Shown: positions 30,187 to 41,574, counted from the stretch's first letter. The stretch: 64,000 nucleotides of DNA from Candidatus Eiseniibacteriota bacterium (GCA_965224245.1 OZ245046.1:3584001-3648000), one strand, 5' to 3'. The notes: generated by a model from the sequence alone, not told the origin. Numbers and translations are program-made.

Positions 30187-31479
30187 ATGCCGCTGACACG
30201 CCGCGAGAAAGAGCTCGCGAACATCGGTGCATCAGTCGCCACCGGCTGCAAGCCGTGCACGGACTTCCACGTGAACGCGGCTCGCAGGGCCGGTGCGTCC
30301 GACGCCGAGATGAAGCGCGCCATTTCGGACGCGATGGCGGTTCGCGACGATGCGCGCGAGATCATGGAGCGTCACGGGCTCGAGACGCTCGGCGCGTCCC
30401 GGTCGAGCCCCCGGCGGCCCCACCCCGAAGCGACCATCCGCATCACGGAGCTCGTCTGCATCGCCGCTGCGTTCGCGGTCAACTGCACCACGAACGTGAC
30501 GCGGCACGTCGCGGCGGCCAGGGCGCTCGGCGTTCAGGACGACGAGATCGAATCGATACTCGACGCGGCGCTGTTCATCAAGGGGGAGGCCGCGCACTAC
30601 GTGGGTCAGATCGTCAAGCTGAGGCAAGAGAAGGGCGAGCTGCAGCGATTGCTGGACGAGCTGGAGCGAACGCAGGCCCAGCTCGTTCAATCGGAGAAGA
30701 TGGCGGCACTCGGGAGACTCGTGGCCGGACTCGTCCACGAGGTGAACACACCCATCGGCGTGCTCGAGAGCGCGGCCGACACGCTGAACCGCGCCGCCGC
30801 GCGCATCGCCGCCGAGCTCGACGGTGGCGCGTCGCTCGACGCCAAGGGTTCGGGTCGGCAGCTTCGCAGATCGCTCGAGGCCGTACGCGAGGGGGGCCCG
30901 ACCGCGCAAGCCGCCGCCGAGCGGATCCGTCGGATCTTCGCGGCCCTCCGGAGCTTCGCTCACCTCGACGGTGCGCCCCGACGCCCGACGGATCTTCACC
31001 AGGGCCTCGAGGACACGCTGGCTCTGCTCGAGCACGACATCCCCGACGGGATCCGGATCTGCAGGGAGTACGGAGAGATCCCGAAGGTGACCTGCGACCG
31101 GGGCGAGGTCAATCAGGTGTTCATGAACCTCCTGACCAACGCGATCGCGGCGATCGATGCCGAGGGCACGATCACGATCGAGACCTCGGCGACCGGCGAC
31201 GAGGTCTCGGTCCGGATCACCGACACCGGCGTCGGAATCCCCGAGGTGACGCGGGAGACGCTGTTCGAGCCCGCCTTCGCCGCCACGGGAGGACGCGTGA
31301 AGGCCGGACTGGGCCTGTTCGCCAGTGCGAACATCGTACGCAAGCACGGGGGGCGGATGGACGTGCAGAGTGCGCCCGGTCGCGGGAGCTCGTTCACGAT
31401 CGTTCTGCCGACCCGTGCGCCCGAGCCGCGGGCCGCGGACTCCACGGACGAGACCTCTCGGTGCAGTCGCCTGCGCTGA
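30187..31479 (+). CDS. Soluble sensor histidine kinase with N-terminal tandem carboxymuconolactone-decarboxylase/AhpD-like domains
   Basis: First unit ELANIGASVATGCKPCTDFH..AARRAGAS; second unit ELVCIAAAFAVNCTTNVTRH..AARALG; kinase motifs QLVQSEKMAALGRLVAGLVHEVNTP, NQVFMNLLTNA, DTGVGI, GLGL; no TM segment. Confidence 0.87.
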   Translation: MPLTRREKELANIGASVATGCKPCTDFHVNAARRAGASDAEMKRAISDAMAVRDDAREIMERHGLETLGASRSSPRRPHPEATIRITELVCIAAAFAVNCTTNVTRHVAAARALGVQDDEIESILDAALFIKGEAAHYVGQIVKLRQEKGELQRLLDELERTQAQLVQSEKMAALGRLVAGLVHEVNTPIGVLESAADTLNRAAARIAAELDGGASLDAKGSGRQLRRSLEAVREGGPTAQAAAERIRRIFAALRSFAHLDGAPRRPTDLHQGLEDTLALLEHDIPDGIRICREYGEIPKVTCDRGEVNQVFMNLLTNAIAAIDAEGTITIETSATGDEVSVRITDTGVGIPEVTRETLFEPAFAATGGRVKAGLGLFASANIVRKHGGRMDVQSAPGRGSSFTIVLPTRAPEPRAADSTDETSRCSRLR

Positions 31480-31519
31480 CTTCCGCCGGCCCGTCCGGTG
31501 TCGGTGCGGTCCTCTCCGC

Positions 31520-32857
31520 TCAGCCCTCGAGGAGCACGCGCCGGAAGAACTCGATCGTTCGAGGCTGCTCGAAGTAGTTCGTGTGATGCACGCCCTCGGT
31601 CTCGTGAAACGTGCAGATACGATCGACGTCCGAGATCCGGAGCTCCTTTGCCAGGTCGGTCATCGAGTCGGTATCGACGACGAGATCGTTCGGAGCCCGG
31701 AACAAGAGATCCGCCCCGAGGTCCGCGAGCCGCTCCTTCGGATCCTGGAACACGCGCCAGAACCGCCAGCCGATCGGCGGAGGCTCGAACTCGCCCCTCA
31801 CGACGTAGTACTCCGGCGGTCGCCTCCCCTGCTCGAGCCCTTCGCGAAGCCGTCGAATGCCCGGGTTGTCGCTCGTACGTCCCTGGCCGACCAGTCCCGG
31901 AATCGCCGAGATGGTCGCATCGAAGATGGGCGTCTTCGCCGCGACCTTCGTCACGGTCGTGATCACGCGCATGATGCCGGTGACGGCCGTCAAGATCGGC
32001 AACCCTCCCGAAAGGGCGGCGGCGCCCCGCTCGAGCCACGTGCCGAGGTTCGTCAGATAGTCCATCGACGCTCGGAGCTTCGGAGCGGACGCGAGGCTCG
32101 TTCCCGCGAGCGGTGAGCCCACGAGCACGAGCTTTCCGAGCCGCGACGGATCGTCGTTCAGCACCTCGGCCCACCAGCGCGTCACGAGCCCGCCCCGGCT
32201 GTGGCAGATCACATCGACCTCGGCCTCGGAGCCCTCGAAGGCTCTCTTCAGATCCACGGCGTTCAGGTATGGGTTCACCGAGACCGTCGGGTGATCGAAG
32301 CTCAGAACCTCGTCGTAGTGCGCGAAGGCCGCCTGGAGGAAGGCGCTGCCCCCATCGCTCGCATGGATGCCGTCGACGAGCGCCTCGGTCTTGCTGAACG
32401 TACCGTGGACGAAGAGCAAGATGCGTCCGTCGTTCGCCGCGCGGTCCACGGAAACGGACCCGCCCGGGGTCCATCGACGCATGCCCTGGTTCGGCGTCAG
32501 CCTCTTGTCCAGCTTCGTGAGGGCGTCGCCGATGCGGTTCTTCTCGAGCGACTCGAACTTGAGCTGCGCGACGACGCGTCCGCCGACGCGCTGCCCTCGG
32601 CGGCCCCGCCGGCGACCGGCGTGCTGCCGACCGCCGAATCCGCTTCGCCAACGGAGGACACCGTCCTCGTCCACGAGCGACATCGAGTCGACGTTGTCCG
32701 ATACCCGCCCCCCCGCGCGCCTCACGTGGTGGATCGGAGTCGGTTTGAAGTCGGGAATGGTCTCGTCGGCGGAGTAGATGTCCAGTCCGTCGATGGCCCT
32801 CTCGATGGTCTTCTCCACCTCGATCGGACTCAACCGATCCGCTTCACCGGTGGTCAT
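31520..32857 (-). CDS. Alpha/beta-hydrolase (lipase/esterase-like) with N-terminal extension
   Basis: LFVHGTFS, FDHPT, nucleophile elbow CHSRGG, VGSPLAGT, NDLVVD, HHTNYF; AAGGAGG RBS; overlaps the upstream gene by 14 nt. Confidence 0.85.
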   Translation of the reverse strand: MTTGEADRLSPIEVEKTIERAIDGLDIYSADETIPDFKPTPIHHVRRAGGRVSDNVDSMSLVDEDGVLRWRSGFGGRQHAGRRRGRRGQRVGGRVVAQLKFESLEKNRIGDALTKLDKRLTPNQGMRRWTPGGSVSVDRAANDGRILLFVHGTFSKTEALVDGIHASDGGSAFLQAAFAHYDEVLSFDHPTVSVNPYLNAVDLKRAFEGSEAEVDVICHSRGGLVTRWWAEVLNDDPSRLGKLVLVGSPLAGTSLASAPKLRASMDYLTNLGTWLERGAAALSGGLPILTAVTGIMRVITTVTKVAAKTPIFDATISAIPGLVGQGRTSDNPGIRRLREGLEQGRRPPEYYVVRGEFEPPPIGWRFWRVFQDPKERLADLGADLLFRAPNDLVVDTDSMTDLAKELRISDVDRICTFHETEGVHHTNYFEQPRTIEFFRRVLLEG

Positions 32858-35302
32858 CGAACGGCCCCTCCTTGATCGGAAGCGGCGTGACGGATGCGTC
32901 GCGCGCCGTACGGACATCGATCATCGAATGAAACTCCCCCGGACTGCGGAGGTTCTCGAACCCTTCGTCGATCGCCTCCCAGAAGCTGCCGTGCGTGGTC
33001 AGCCCGACCGCCTCGATCGGGAACAGCTTGTTCTCACGCATTCGGTGGAGCACGTCTCGATAGTCCGGCTTGCCGACGACCCACCGCCGGGTCCCTTGCG
33101 TCGTGCCCGTCGAGGTGCGGAGCTCTTCCTCGTCGACGGACTTCGTGTATGTCACCTCGAAGAACTCCTTGCGGTGCTCCTCCCAACGCCAGTACCCGGC
33201 AAACGCATGTCCTTCTAGGAGAAACACGACGGGATGGATGTCCACGTATTCGAGACAAGCCGCGATGAGCAGCGCGAGATCGATACACGTGCCTCGGCCG
33301 CCGGCCAGCACCTGCGTCGGTGTCCGGAGACGTTGTCCGTCGACCGAGTACGTCGGCGGAGGGTTGATGTAGCGAACCTGGAAGTGGTGAACGATCGCCG
33401 CCCACATCGCCTGTACCTGGAGATCGACGTTCTCCATCGTTCCGTCGAGATCGCTCACGTCCACGCTCTGATAGCCGTCGAAGCCCGCGGTCCGATCGTC
33501 CGTGAGCGTCATCAGGTGCCACTGGGCCTGGTCGATGACTCGCGCGACACCCGGATCGCCCGGAAGAACGAAAGACGGCAGCCAGAGCCGATCGGCGTCG
33601 GTGTCCTTCCACTCGTCGGCCGGAAGCAACGTCACGCGTTGCGTCTCTCGGCAAACCAAGCGATCCTCGTGCCGGATCTCGATGAAGAGCGACGTCCGGA
33701 TCGGCTCCTGCACGGTCCGAATGAGATCCGACGTCAGCGGGACGCTGATCTCGCTCGCAAGGTTCAGGGGCGTCGTGTCGGCCAGGTCCCACCGTCCGCG
33801 GTAGGGGAAGCTGTCGGCTCCGACGTGGAGGTTCACCTCGATCTCGAGTCCGCGAAGCATGCCCGACCGGTTCTTGTGGAGCTTGAAGCTGTCGAACAGA
33901 CACCCGAGGCGGTTGTGCATCAGCGAGTAGTTGATCTCCCGCCGCGCGCGGATGTCGAGCTTCAGCCAATCGTACGTGTCGTTCTTGGCAACCTCGATCG
34001 GCGCCGCACGCACCTGGGACTGTCGCGTCGCGTACGTCTGTGCCTCGCCGACCTCGGCCTGGAGCAGAGCGTGATCGGACCAGAGCACGATGCCCGTACC
34101 GACCATGCGCTGCGGCGCGCGCCGCAGCGAGCGGATCGCCTCGTCGAACGCGGGGAGCGCTTGCCAGTCGGCGTTTTGATAGTCGGAGTAGAAGCCCGAT
34201 AGGAGCCGCTCGGCGAGCTCGTCGTCGATCGTGTCCTGAAACCCGATCGCGTGGCGTGCCCCGTCCGCCACCACCATCGCACAGACCCGAGAGGCGGAGT
34301 TGTAGACGTTCGCGTAGACCAGCTCGGGCGGAGCACCGCCCGCGGTCAGCGCCAACGCGAGGTGCTCCGCATCGATCTGAGCGGGCTCGCCCTTCGACCC
34401 GGTCAGCACGACACCATCGCGGCTGGACCAGCCCGTCAGGAGCGATCCGTCGGGGTCCAGATCCTCGCGCTCGCGCTCGATCACCTGGGCGGCCTGATGC
34501 GCGTCCAGTCCGGCGATGTGGATCAGGGCGGGGCTCGTATCGGCCACGTGGGCTCGGAGCTGCTCCAGCGTCGGATTGATGAGCTCGTCCAGCTCGAGTC
34601 CGAGGCTGTCGCGTACGCGCTGCCGCTCCAGATCGAACGTGAAGTAGTCGTCGAGTCCGCCCGGACAGGCCTGCACGTACAGCGCCGATCGGGTCCGGCT
34701 GGCGCGAGACTTCCGGTCGGGGGACTCGTCCCGGGCCAGGTGGCGGATCACCGTGAGTTCCCCGGTCCGACCCAGGAGCTTGCTCGTGGTGCTCAGCACG
34801 TACTCCCACGGCGCGATCCGCGCTTCCCACGCCTCGGACTCGACCGAGTACGGCACGCAGACCTCGACGAACCGCGCCTGCCGAGCCAGGCGAGAAGGTC
34901 CTCCCCCCCGGACAGCGTTTCCACTTCCCTGTGGAGCTCCTCGTGCTGCCGCCGGCGATCGGCCTGCTCCGTCCAACGAATGCGTTTGGTCAAGCGGTAG
35001 CGCCAGCGCATCGCGAGGTCCTGCAACGTTCGATCGCTGGCGATCGTCGCCGTCTGGCCATCCGAGCTTCGAAAGACGATCTCGGTTCCGATCACCGATC
35101 GCGGAGGCACGGACCCGGTAGTCGCCTTGATAACAGGTGGCTTCGTCGCGGATGTTCGAGCCTTCGCCGCCTTCTTCTTTCCGGCGGAGCGCCTCGTCGT
35201 CTTCTTCTTCGACGGGGACTTCTTCGCGCGAGGCGTCGCCTCAGCGTCGCGGTTCGATTGCCGATCCTTGTGCCGGATCGCCTTCTTCTTCTTCTTTGGC
35301 AT
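32844..35302 (-). CDS. Multidomain protein: Lys-rich N-terminus, CHAT/caspase-like domain and transglutaminase/papain-like domain; frameshifted near 34875-34910 (about 819 aa if repaired)
   Basis: ORF 34793..35302 (MPKKKKK...) joins ORF 32844..34976 by a -1 shift. CHAT-like PWEY.L, LIHIAG, GVVL, AIGFQD.IDD..A...FY. TGase-like YINPP...GQRLRTP..VL...GTCIDLALL.AACLE, GHAFAGYW. Confidence 0.65.
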
Positions 35303-35464
35303 CGGGACCTCGAGAACGATCTTGGGACGGCGGCATCGCTCCGATCCAAAACATGCTCGCGATAGTGGCCCGCGGCACGAGTGGCGTCAATCTCCAAGCG
35401 TCGGCGTTTCGGCGCGCGGCGGCCACCGCACGATGAGAGTGCCATCCACTCGTGCCGCTCGACG

Positions 35465-36727
35465 TCATCTGAGAACGACGAACTGCCGCGACAGCGTCAC
35501 GGCACCGGCCTCGAGACGATAGAAGTACACACCGGGCGCCACGGCCCGCGCGTCCCACGTGACAGCGTGACGTCCCGCGGTCTTCTCGCCGTGAACGAGC
35601 GACGCGACCTTTCGTCCCCCCGTGTCGAACACGGTGACGTCGACGAACGTGTCCGTCGGAATCTGATAGGACACGACCGTCGGCCCCCGAGCCGGGTTCG
35701 GGTCCGCCGGTCCCAGGGTCGGCACGGCCGGCTCGAAGGGTGTCGACGTCGATGCGCGCGGGACGCCGTCCGAGCCCACGCAGTCGATCGCGATGAACGG
35801 TGTCCCGTCGTGGAGCAGTCCGGCCACGCCGAGCTCGTGCATGCCTTCCCACTCCAGAGCCCCGAGGATCAGATCGACCCGGCGCCGGCCGAAGTGCAGG
35901 ATCAGGTCCTCCCATCCGTCCGGCCCGTCGGTGATGCACTCGCATGGAACACCATCGTCGACCGGCGTGGCGAGGTCGGTCACGTTCGAGAACGTCGGCG
36001 GCAGCGTCAGCGAGAAGCTCTCGTGGTGCTCGGGCGTGTACAGCACCACCGTGGACGGATCGATCGTCCGGACGTCGAAGCCGTCGGTTCCCAGGATGCC
36101 GACCGGCACCGTGGATGACGCGAACGGCCCGTCGCCCACGAGGTTCGGGCAGACCTGCGGCTCGACGTCGAGAGGAACCTCGATCGTCGGCGCGCACGTG
36201 AACGCGAGGTCCGCGGTGCTCTCGACATCACCGATCGCGACCTCCACGTGCACCTCGGTGCCGGGAAAGCACGGCGGCTTCGAGCACTCGGCGGTCCACT
36301 CCGTCGTTCCGATGAAGTAACGAAAGCCCGGCAGGAAGTCGCCGATGAACATCCCGTCGACGTACCACGGCACACAGCACGTACACGCGAAGGAGTTGAT
36401 CTCGTAGATCTCCACGAGCGCCGGGTCGAACACGCAGCCGTCCCACCACCGACCGCGGGTTCCATAGCGAGCCGCTCCGTCGTAGCCGGCCTCGCAGCAG
36501 TCTTCGGTGATCCAGAGCTCGAAGGGCACTCCGCGCAAGTCGTCGCTGACCTCGAGCACCCATCGCACCTTCGCGGACGTGACGCCGACGGGCGCCACGC
36601 TCGAGATCGTTCAGGGATCATCGTCGTCGTCGAAATCGAGATAGATCCGATTGGCGTCCGCGATCGCCGCGCCGACGAGCAGCGCGAGCCCGAACAGCGC
36701 GAACACCCTCATCAATCGCTGAACCAT
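35465..36727 (-). CDS. Secreted Cys-rich protein with C-terminal FlgD-Ig/T9SS-like domain; in-frame TGA at codon 39 (selenocysteine candidate, or nonsense mutation/error)
   Basis: RBS GGAGGGAG and ATG 36727 give MVQRLMRVFALFGLALLVGAAIADANRIYLDFDDDDDP-TGA(36611-36613)-TISSVAPVG, in frame with ORF 35465..36598. C-terminal DPNP..VFDTGGRKV..WD..VAPGVYFYRL. Confidence 0.75.
36578..36599 (-). other. SECIS-like hairpin 11 nt downstream of the in-frame UGA
   Basis: mRNA CGUGGCGCC-CGUC-GGCGUCACG: 9-bp stem with one G.U pair, GU in the loop, and a possible imperfect lower stem. Confidence 0.35.
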
Positions 36728-36891
36728 TGAGACTCCCTCCTCTCTGCGGAGCTCGATCGGCGACTCGCTCGAGCGGCCCGGACGCCCGGGGTCGCGCCCC
36801 GGATGGGGCCGACACCGATCGCCGATCGCGAATGGCGGGCTCCAAATACCCGATTCAAGAGATCACGATGGCGTGTTCAAATGAATGAGAC

Positions 36892-36911
36892 AATGATGCA
36901 AGCGCATCATT
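36892..36911. promoter_or_regulatory. AT-rich inverted repeat, candidate transcription-factor operator
   Basis: AATGATGC-N4-GCATCATT in an unusually AT-rich patch upstream of the 36727 gene. Confidence 0.35.
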
Positions 36912-37048
36912 TGATATGAAATCGACCGAGATTCGAGGAGGGGACTGCGGGGCAGGTTTCGCGATGGAAGAGGAGACACGGGACCGAGCGAGGCGCCGGA
37001 GGTCCGCGCGGATCGTGCCGAGACACGACCCGCGCGCGGGTCGACGTC

Positions 37049-38413
<1,365 letters not shown>

Positions 38414-38650
38414 TCAGATCTCCCTGATCGCCGGTTGACTGGAGGCCGGCGGAAACGATGCCCAGACCCGCGCATCCGGCGGCCGTGAGGCCTCCCGGCC
38501 CGGCGGGCGGACGATCCGGCGGATTGCCGGGGTTAGTCGAAAAGACCTGGGAGTTTACACCTGGCTGCGGGTCGTTGAACACCCATCGTATGTAGGGACT
38601 ATCCGAAGGCAGACGGGCGCCCCCGGCATGCGGGGATCGGCGGGGGTCTG

Positions 38651-38758
38651 GCACCGAGGCCGGATCCCGCACCGAGACCGGGTCCAGCACCGAGGCCGGG
38701 TCCAGCACCGAGGCCGGGTCCAGCACCGAGGCCGGGTCCAGCACCGAGGCCGGGCCCG
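38651..38758. repeat. Intergenic tandem repeat, 6 x 18 bp (GCACCGAGGCCGGGTCCA)
   Basis: Three identical units at 38687-38740 plus three variant units; no spacers. Confidence 0.92.
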
Positions 38759-38876
38759 GCGCCGTGGCGCCGGCGCCGGGCGGACGAGGCGCACGCATGG
38801 GTCGGCCCCGGGGCACCGGCGCCCGCGAGCGCCCGGCCGACCCCACCGGGCGTGCCGGCGGCGAACGAGACCGGTG

Positions 38877-41315
38877 TCAGGCGGGGCTCTCCAGGAACGC
38901 CAGCGCCTCGTCCTTCTTGCCGTCCATCATGATCCGGAGCGATCGCCCGCCCGACGCCGACGGGACGTGGATCACCCGCACGATGTCGGTCAGGTCGCTC
39001 GCCGACGGCACGAGCGACGTGAGCCGGTTCTCGGAGTCCCGGAGGAACGCCTCGTTGAACACGACCTCGGCGCGGTCGGGATAGAGCGGCAGGTGCTGGA
39101 TCCCCGCCTCGACGAGGTCCTGGAAGAAGTGCGTTCCGAACGACACGTCGGGCTCGTATCCCTCGCGCGCGCGTGCGATCTCGATCAACAGGAGCGTGTG
39201 GTTGATGTCGGCGTAGGTGACGCGGACGCCCAGGCGGTGATCCGAGCTCCCCCATCGGCCGGGGCCCATCAGGATGTACCGCTTGCCCTCCAGTGCCGCA
39301 TTCAGATGCCCCACCGCCGCCGTCACCGTGTGACAGTCGGCGGCCGACGCCAGCGCCGTGTAGCGCACCGGGTCCACGTAGACGATGTACTCCACCTGGG
39401 CGAGGTCGGCGGTGGCCACGTCGCTCCGGGCCGAGAAGATCTGATCGGTCTCGGGAACGTTGGCCGGGATCTGCACGTCGGACATCTCGATCCGCGAGGA
39501 GAGCGGCCGGCACTGGAGCACGTAGAAGTCCTGGCCGTCGAACGCGAACTCCACGTCCACCGGGCGATCGTACGCCCTGGCGATGGACTCGAGCATCCAC
39601 CGGAGACGCGGCACGAACTCCGAGCGTGCCAGGAGGTTGTCGAACGTGACGATCAGGTTCTCCGGCGACTCGGTGATCCGCTTGGTCACCGGCGGAATGA
39701 GGTCGCCGTCGCGGTGGATGGACACGATGTCGTGCAGCAACGGGTACGGACCCTCGGCGAGGATTCGATCCAGCGACACGCACCGGAACTCGTTCCGCTT
39801 CAGGTCGATCACGTCGAGGTAGCGCTGCGAGTATCGGCAGGCGTCCTGGACGTTGCCCTCGGGTCGCAGCGTGGGCATGCCCAGCGCGATCATCCGGGGA
39901 TAGTCGCCGCCAACGCGATCCACCGCGCGCGACCCGAGACCCATCACCAGCCGCACGAGACCGTCTTCCTTCCGGATGCGCGGGTTCCACCGATACTCGT
40001 TGTGTGAGAACGCGACGCCCGCCCACGCGGGAAAGAAGAACCGGCCGTGCCGCTTCCCGACGACCTTCTGGATGATCACGCCCATCAGCTCGTCGTAGTC
40101 GATCAGGTTCTTGGCCCGCCGGTAGGCGATCGGATCGGGACCCAGCGTGCTGGCGAACACCTCGGCGATGGCCCCGAGAAGCTGGTGCAGCCGGTCCTCG
40201 AGATCACCCTGGTTGCCCAGGAAGATGCTGGCGTACTTGCCCGAGAACGCGTAGTTGAAGTTGTCCTCGAGCAGGCTCGACGACCGCACGATCAACGGAT
40301 GCGGCCCGATGCGCTCCAGGAACGCGCGGATCTGCTTGACCACGTCCTCGGGGAACTCGGCGTTCTTGAACACCTCGCGCACGGCGCCGAACTCGGACCG
40401 GACCTGATCGATGTCCTTGTACTTCTGGTCGGTGTACTCGATCAGGTCGTTCACGCGGAGGAAGCGCTGGAAGACGTCGGTGCGCACGAACAGCGACTCG
40501 GGCGTCCTGAACGGCCACTCCTCGTGCCCGGCGGCCGCGGCGTCGCGCAGGATCGCGGCCGCGAGCACCATGCCTGCGGCCTTCCCGCCCACGCGACCCG
40601 ACCCGCCCTCGGTGCCCACCGAGTTGGTCAGGATGCGGTTCGCGTCACGTACGGTCATGTGGTGCTTGGCCACGCCGAGGAAGTCGAGCTGCTCGGAGAT
40701 CACGCGCCGCAGCAACGTGACCCGCAGGCCGAACGCCTCGGCCTTGGGGAGTCGCACCCACCGGCCCGGCAGCTCGCAGTACTCGGCCACCTTCTCGGCC
40801 AGCTCGTTCACCGGCAGCCCGGCGTCGTTCGCGAACAGGTTGAGGTTCTCGGCCTCGCGTCGCTTCCGGGTCAGGAGAACGACCGCGTCCAGCTCGCCGG
40901 CGGTGAAGGAGTCGGCCGCGTACTGCGTGACGAGCCGGTCGATCTCGCGGCGCTCGTCGGCGTTCCAGCGATGGGCCATGCCGCGGTTGATTCCGGGATG
41001 ATCGCCGGTCTCCCCGTCGGGTGCGTCCCCGGCGTCGTCCTCCTCGTCGTCGTCCTCGAGCCCATCGTCGGGTGACGGGGCCTCGCCCGACAGGGCCTCG
41101 CGCGCCTCGTCGTAGATCGCGTCGACGTCCTTGACGCCCCGGTTGTGGAGCATCAGCAGGAGATGTCGGATGATCTTCGAGCGGAGCTCGGGGAAATAGG
41201 CGAGATACCCCTCGATCAGGTCACGGCGGTCGGGCGGCGTGTCCGATGCGGTCACGGTGGGCCCGTCGGGCCGTCCCCCCGGGTCGATCGGGTGGACGTC
41301 TGTCGGCTTTTCCAA
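38877..41315 (-). CDS. PEP/pyruvate-binding-domain protein (PPDK/PEP-synthase N-terminal ATP-grasp) lacking the PEP-binding barrel; start uncertain
   Basis: GRVGGKAAGM, LIVRSSSLLED..AFSGKY.S, MGVIIQ.VVG, MGLGSRAV, DVEFA, VLQCRP; C-terminal GPGRWGSSD..LGV and SFGTHFFQDLVE. Confidence 0.85.
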   Translation of the reverse strand: MEKPTDVHPIDPGGRPDGPTVTASDTPPDRRDLIEGYLAYFPELRSKIIRHLLLMLHNRGVKDVDAIYDEAREALSGEAPSPDDGLEDDDEEDDAGDAPDGETGDHPGINRGMAHRWNADERREIDRLVTQYAADSFTAGELDAVVLLTRKRREAENLNLFANDAGLPVNELAEKVAEYCELPGRWVRLPKAEAFGLRVTLLRRVISEQLDFLGVAKHHMTVRDANRILTNSVGTEGGSGRVGGKAAGMVLAAAILRDAAAAGHEEWPFRTPESLFVRTDVFQRFLRVNDLIEYTDQKYKDIDQVRSEFGAVREVFKNAEFPEDVVKQIRAFLERIGPHPLIVRSSSLLEDNFNYAFSGKYASIFLGNQGDLEDRLHQLLGAIAEVFASTLGPDPIAYRRAKNLIDYDELMGVIIQKVVGKRHGRFFFPAWAGVAFSHNEYRWNPRIRKEDGLVRLVMGLGSRAVDRVGGDYPRMIALGMPTLRPEGNVQDACRYSQRYLDVIDLKRNEFRCVSLDRILAEGPYPLLHDIVSIHRDGDLIPPVTKRITESPENLIVTFDNLLARSEFVPRLRWMLESIARAYDRPVDVEFAFDGQDFYVLQCRPLSSRIEMSDVQIPANVPETDQIFSARSDVATADLAQVEYIVYVDPVRYTALASAADCHTVTAAVGHLNAALEGKRYILMGPGRWGSSDHRLGVRVTYADINHTLLLIEIARAREGYEPDVSFGTHFFQDLVEAGIQHLPLYPDRAEVVFNEAFLRDSENRLTSLVPSASDLTDIVRVIHVPSASGGRSLRIMMDGKKDEALAFLESPA

Positions 41316-41574
41316 GGGCGCCCCCTGCCCCGGCGGGTGTTGCGAAACGACCGCGAAGAGAATACCACAGGGCGTTCCGGATTCGATCTCACTGCCCGCG
41401 GAGGTCCTGGTGTCCCGACCCGGAAGTCGTGCTACCTTCTCGCCGACGCTCGCGGCTCCCGGCCGCGCTGCGACTCCTCGACGGATCTTCGGATACGCCT
41501 GCGTCGCCCCGTCGTGCCGGGAGCCACGATCACTCGGCGAGAAGGCGACATGACCTCCGGATCGGAACACTAGG

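Noticed and set aside
35465-36727. Genome-wide UGA=Trp/Gly recoding as the explanation for the in-frame TGA
   Set aside because: Many conserved genes here (selB, argG, argR, prfA, priA, ilvC) end at TGA at the expected length, so TGA is a normal stop.
31480-36850. Mobile element or prophage boundaries around the accessory genes
   Set aside because: No integrase, transposase, phage genes, terminal repeats or att-like duplications were seen.
38651-38758. Possible CRISPR array
   Set aside because: The units are contiguous 18-mers with no unique spacers, and no cas genes are present; it is a VNTR.
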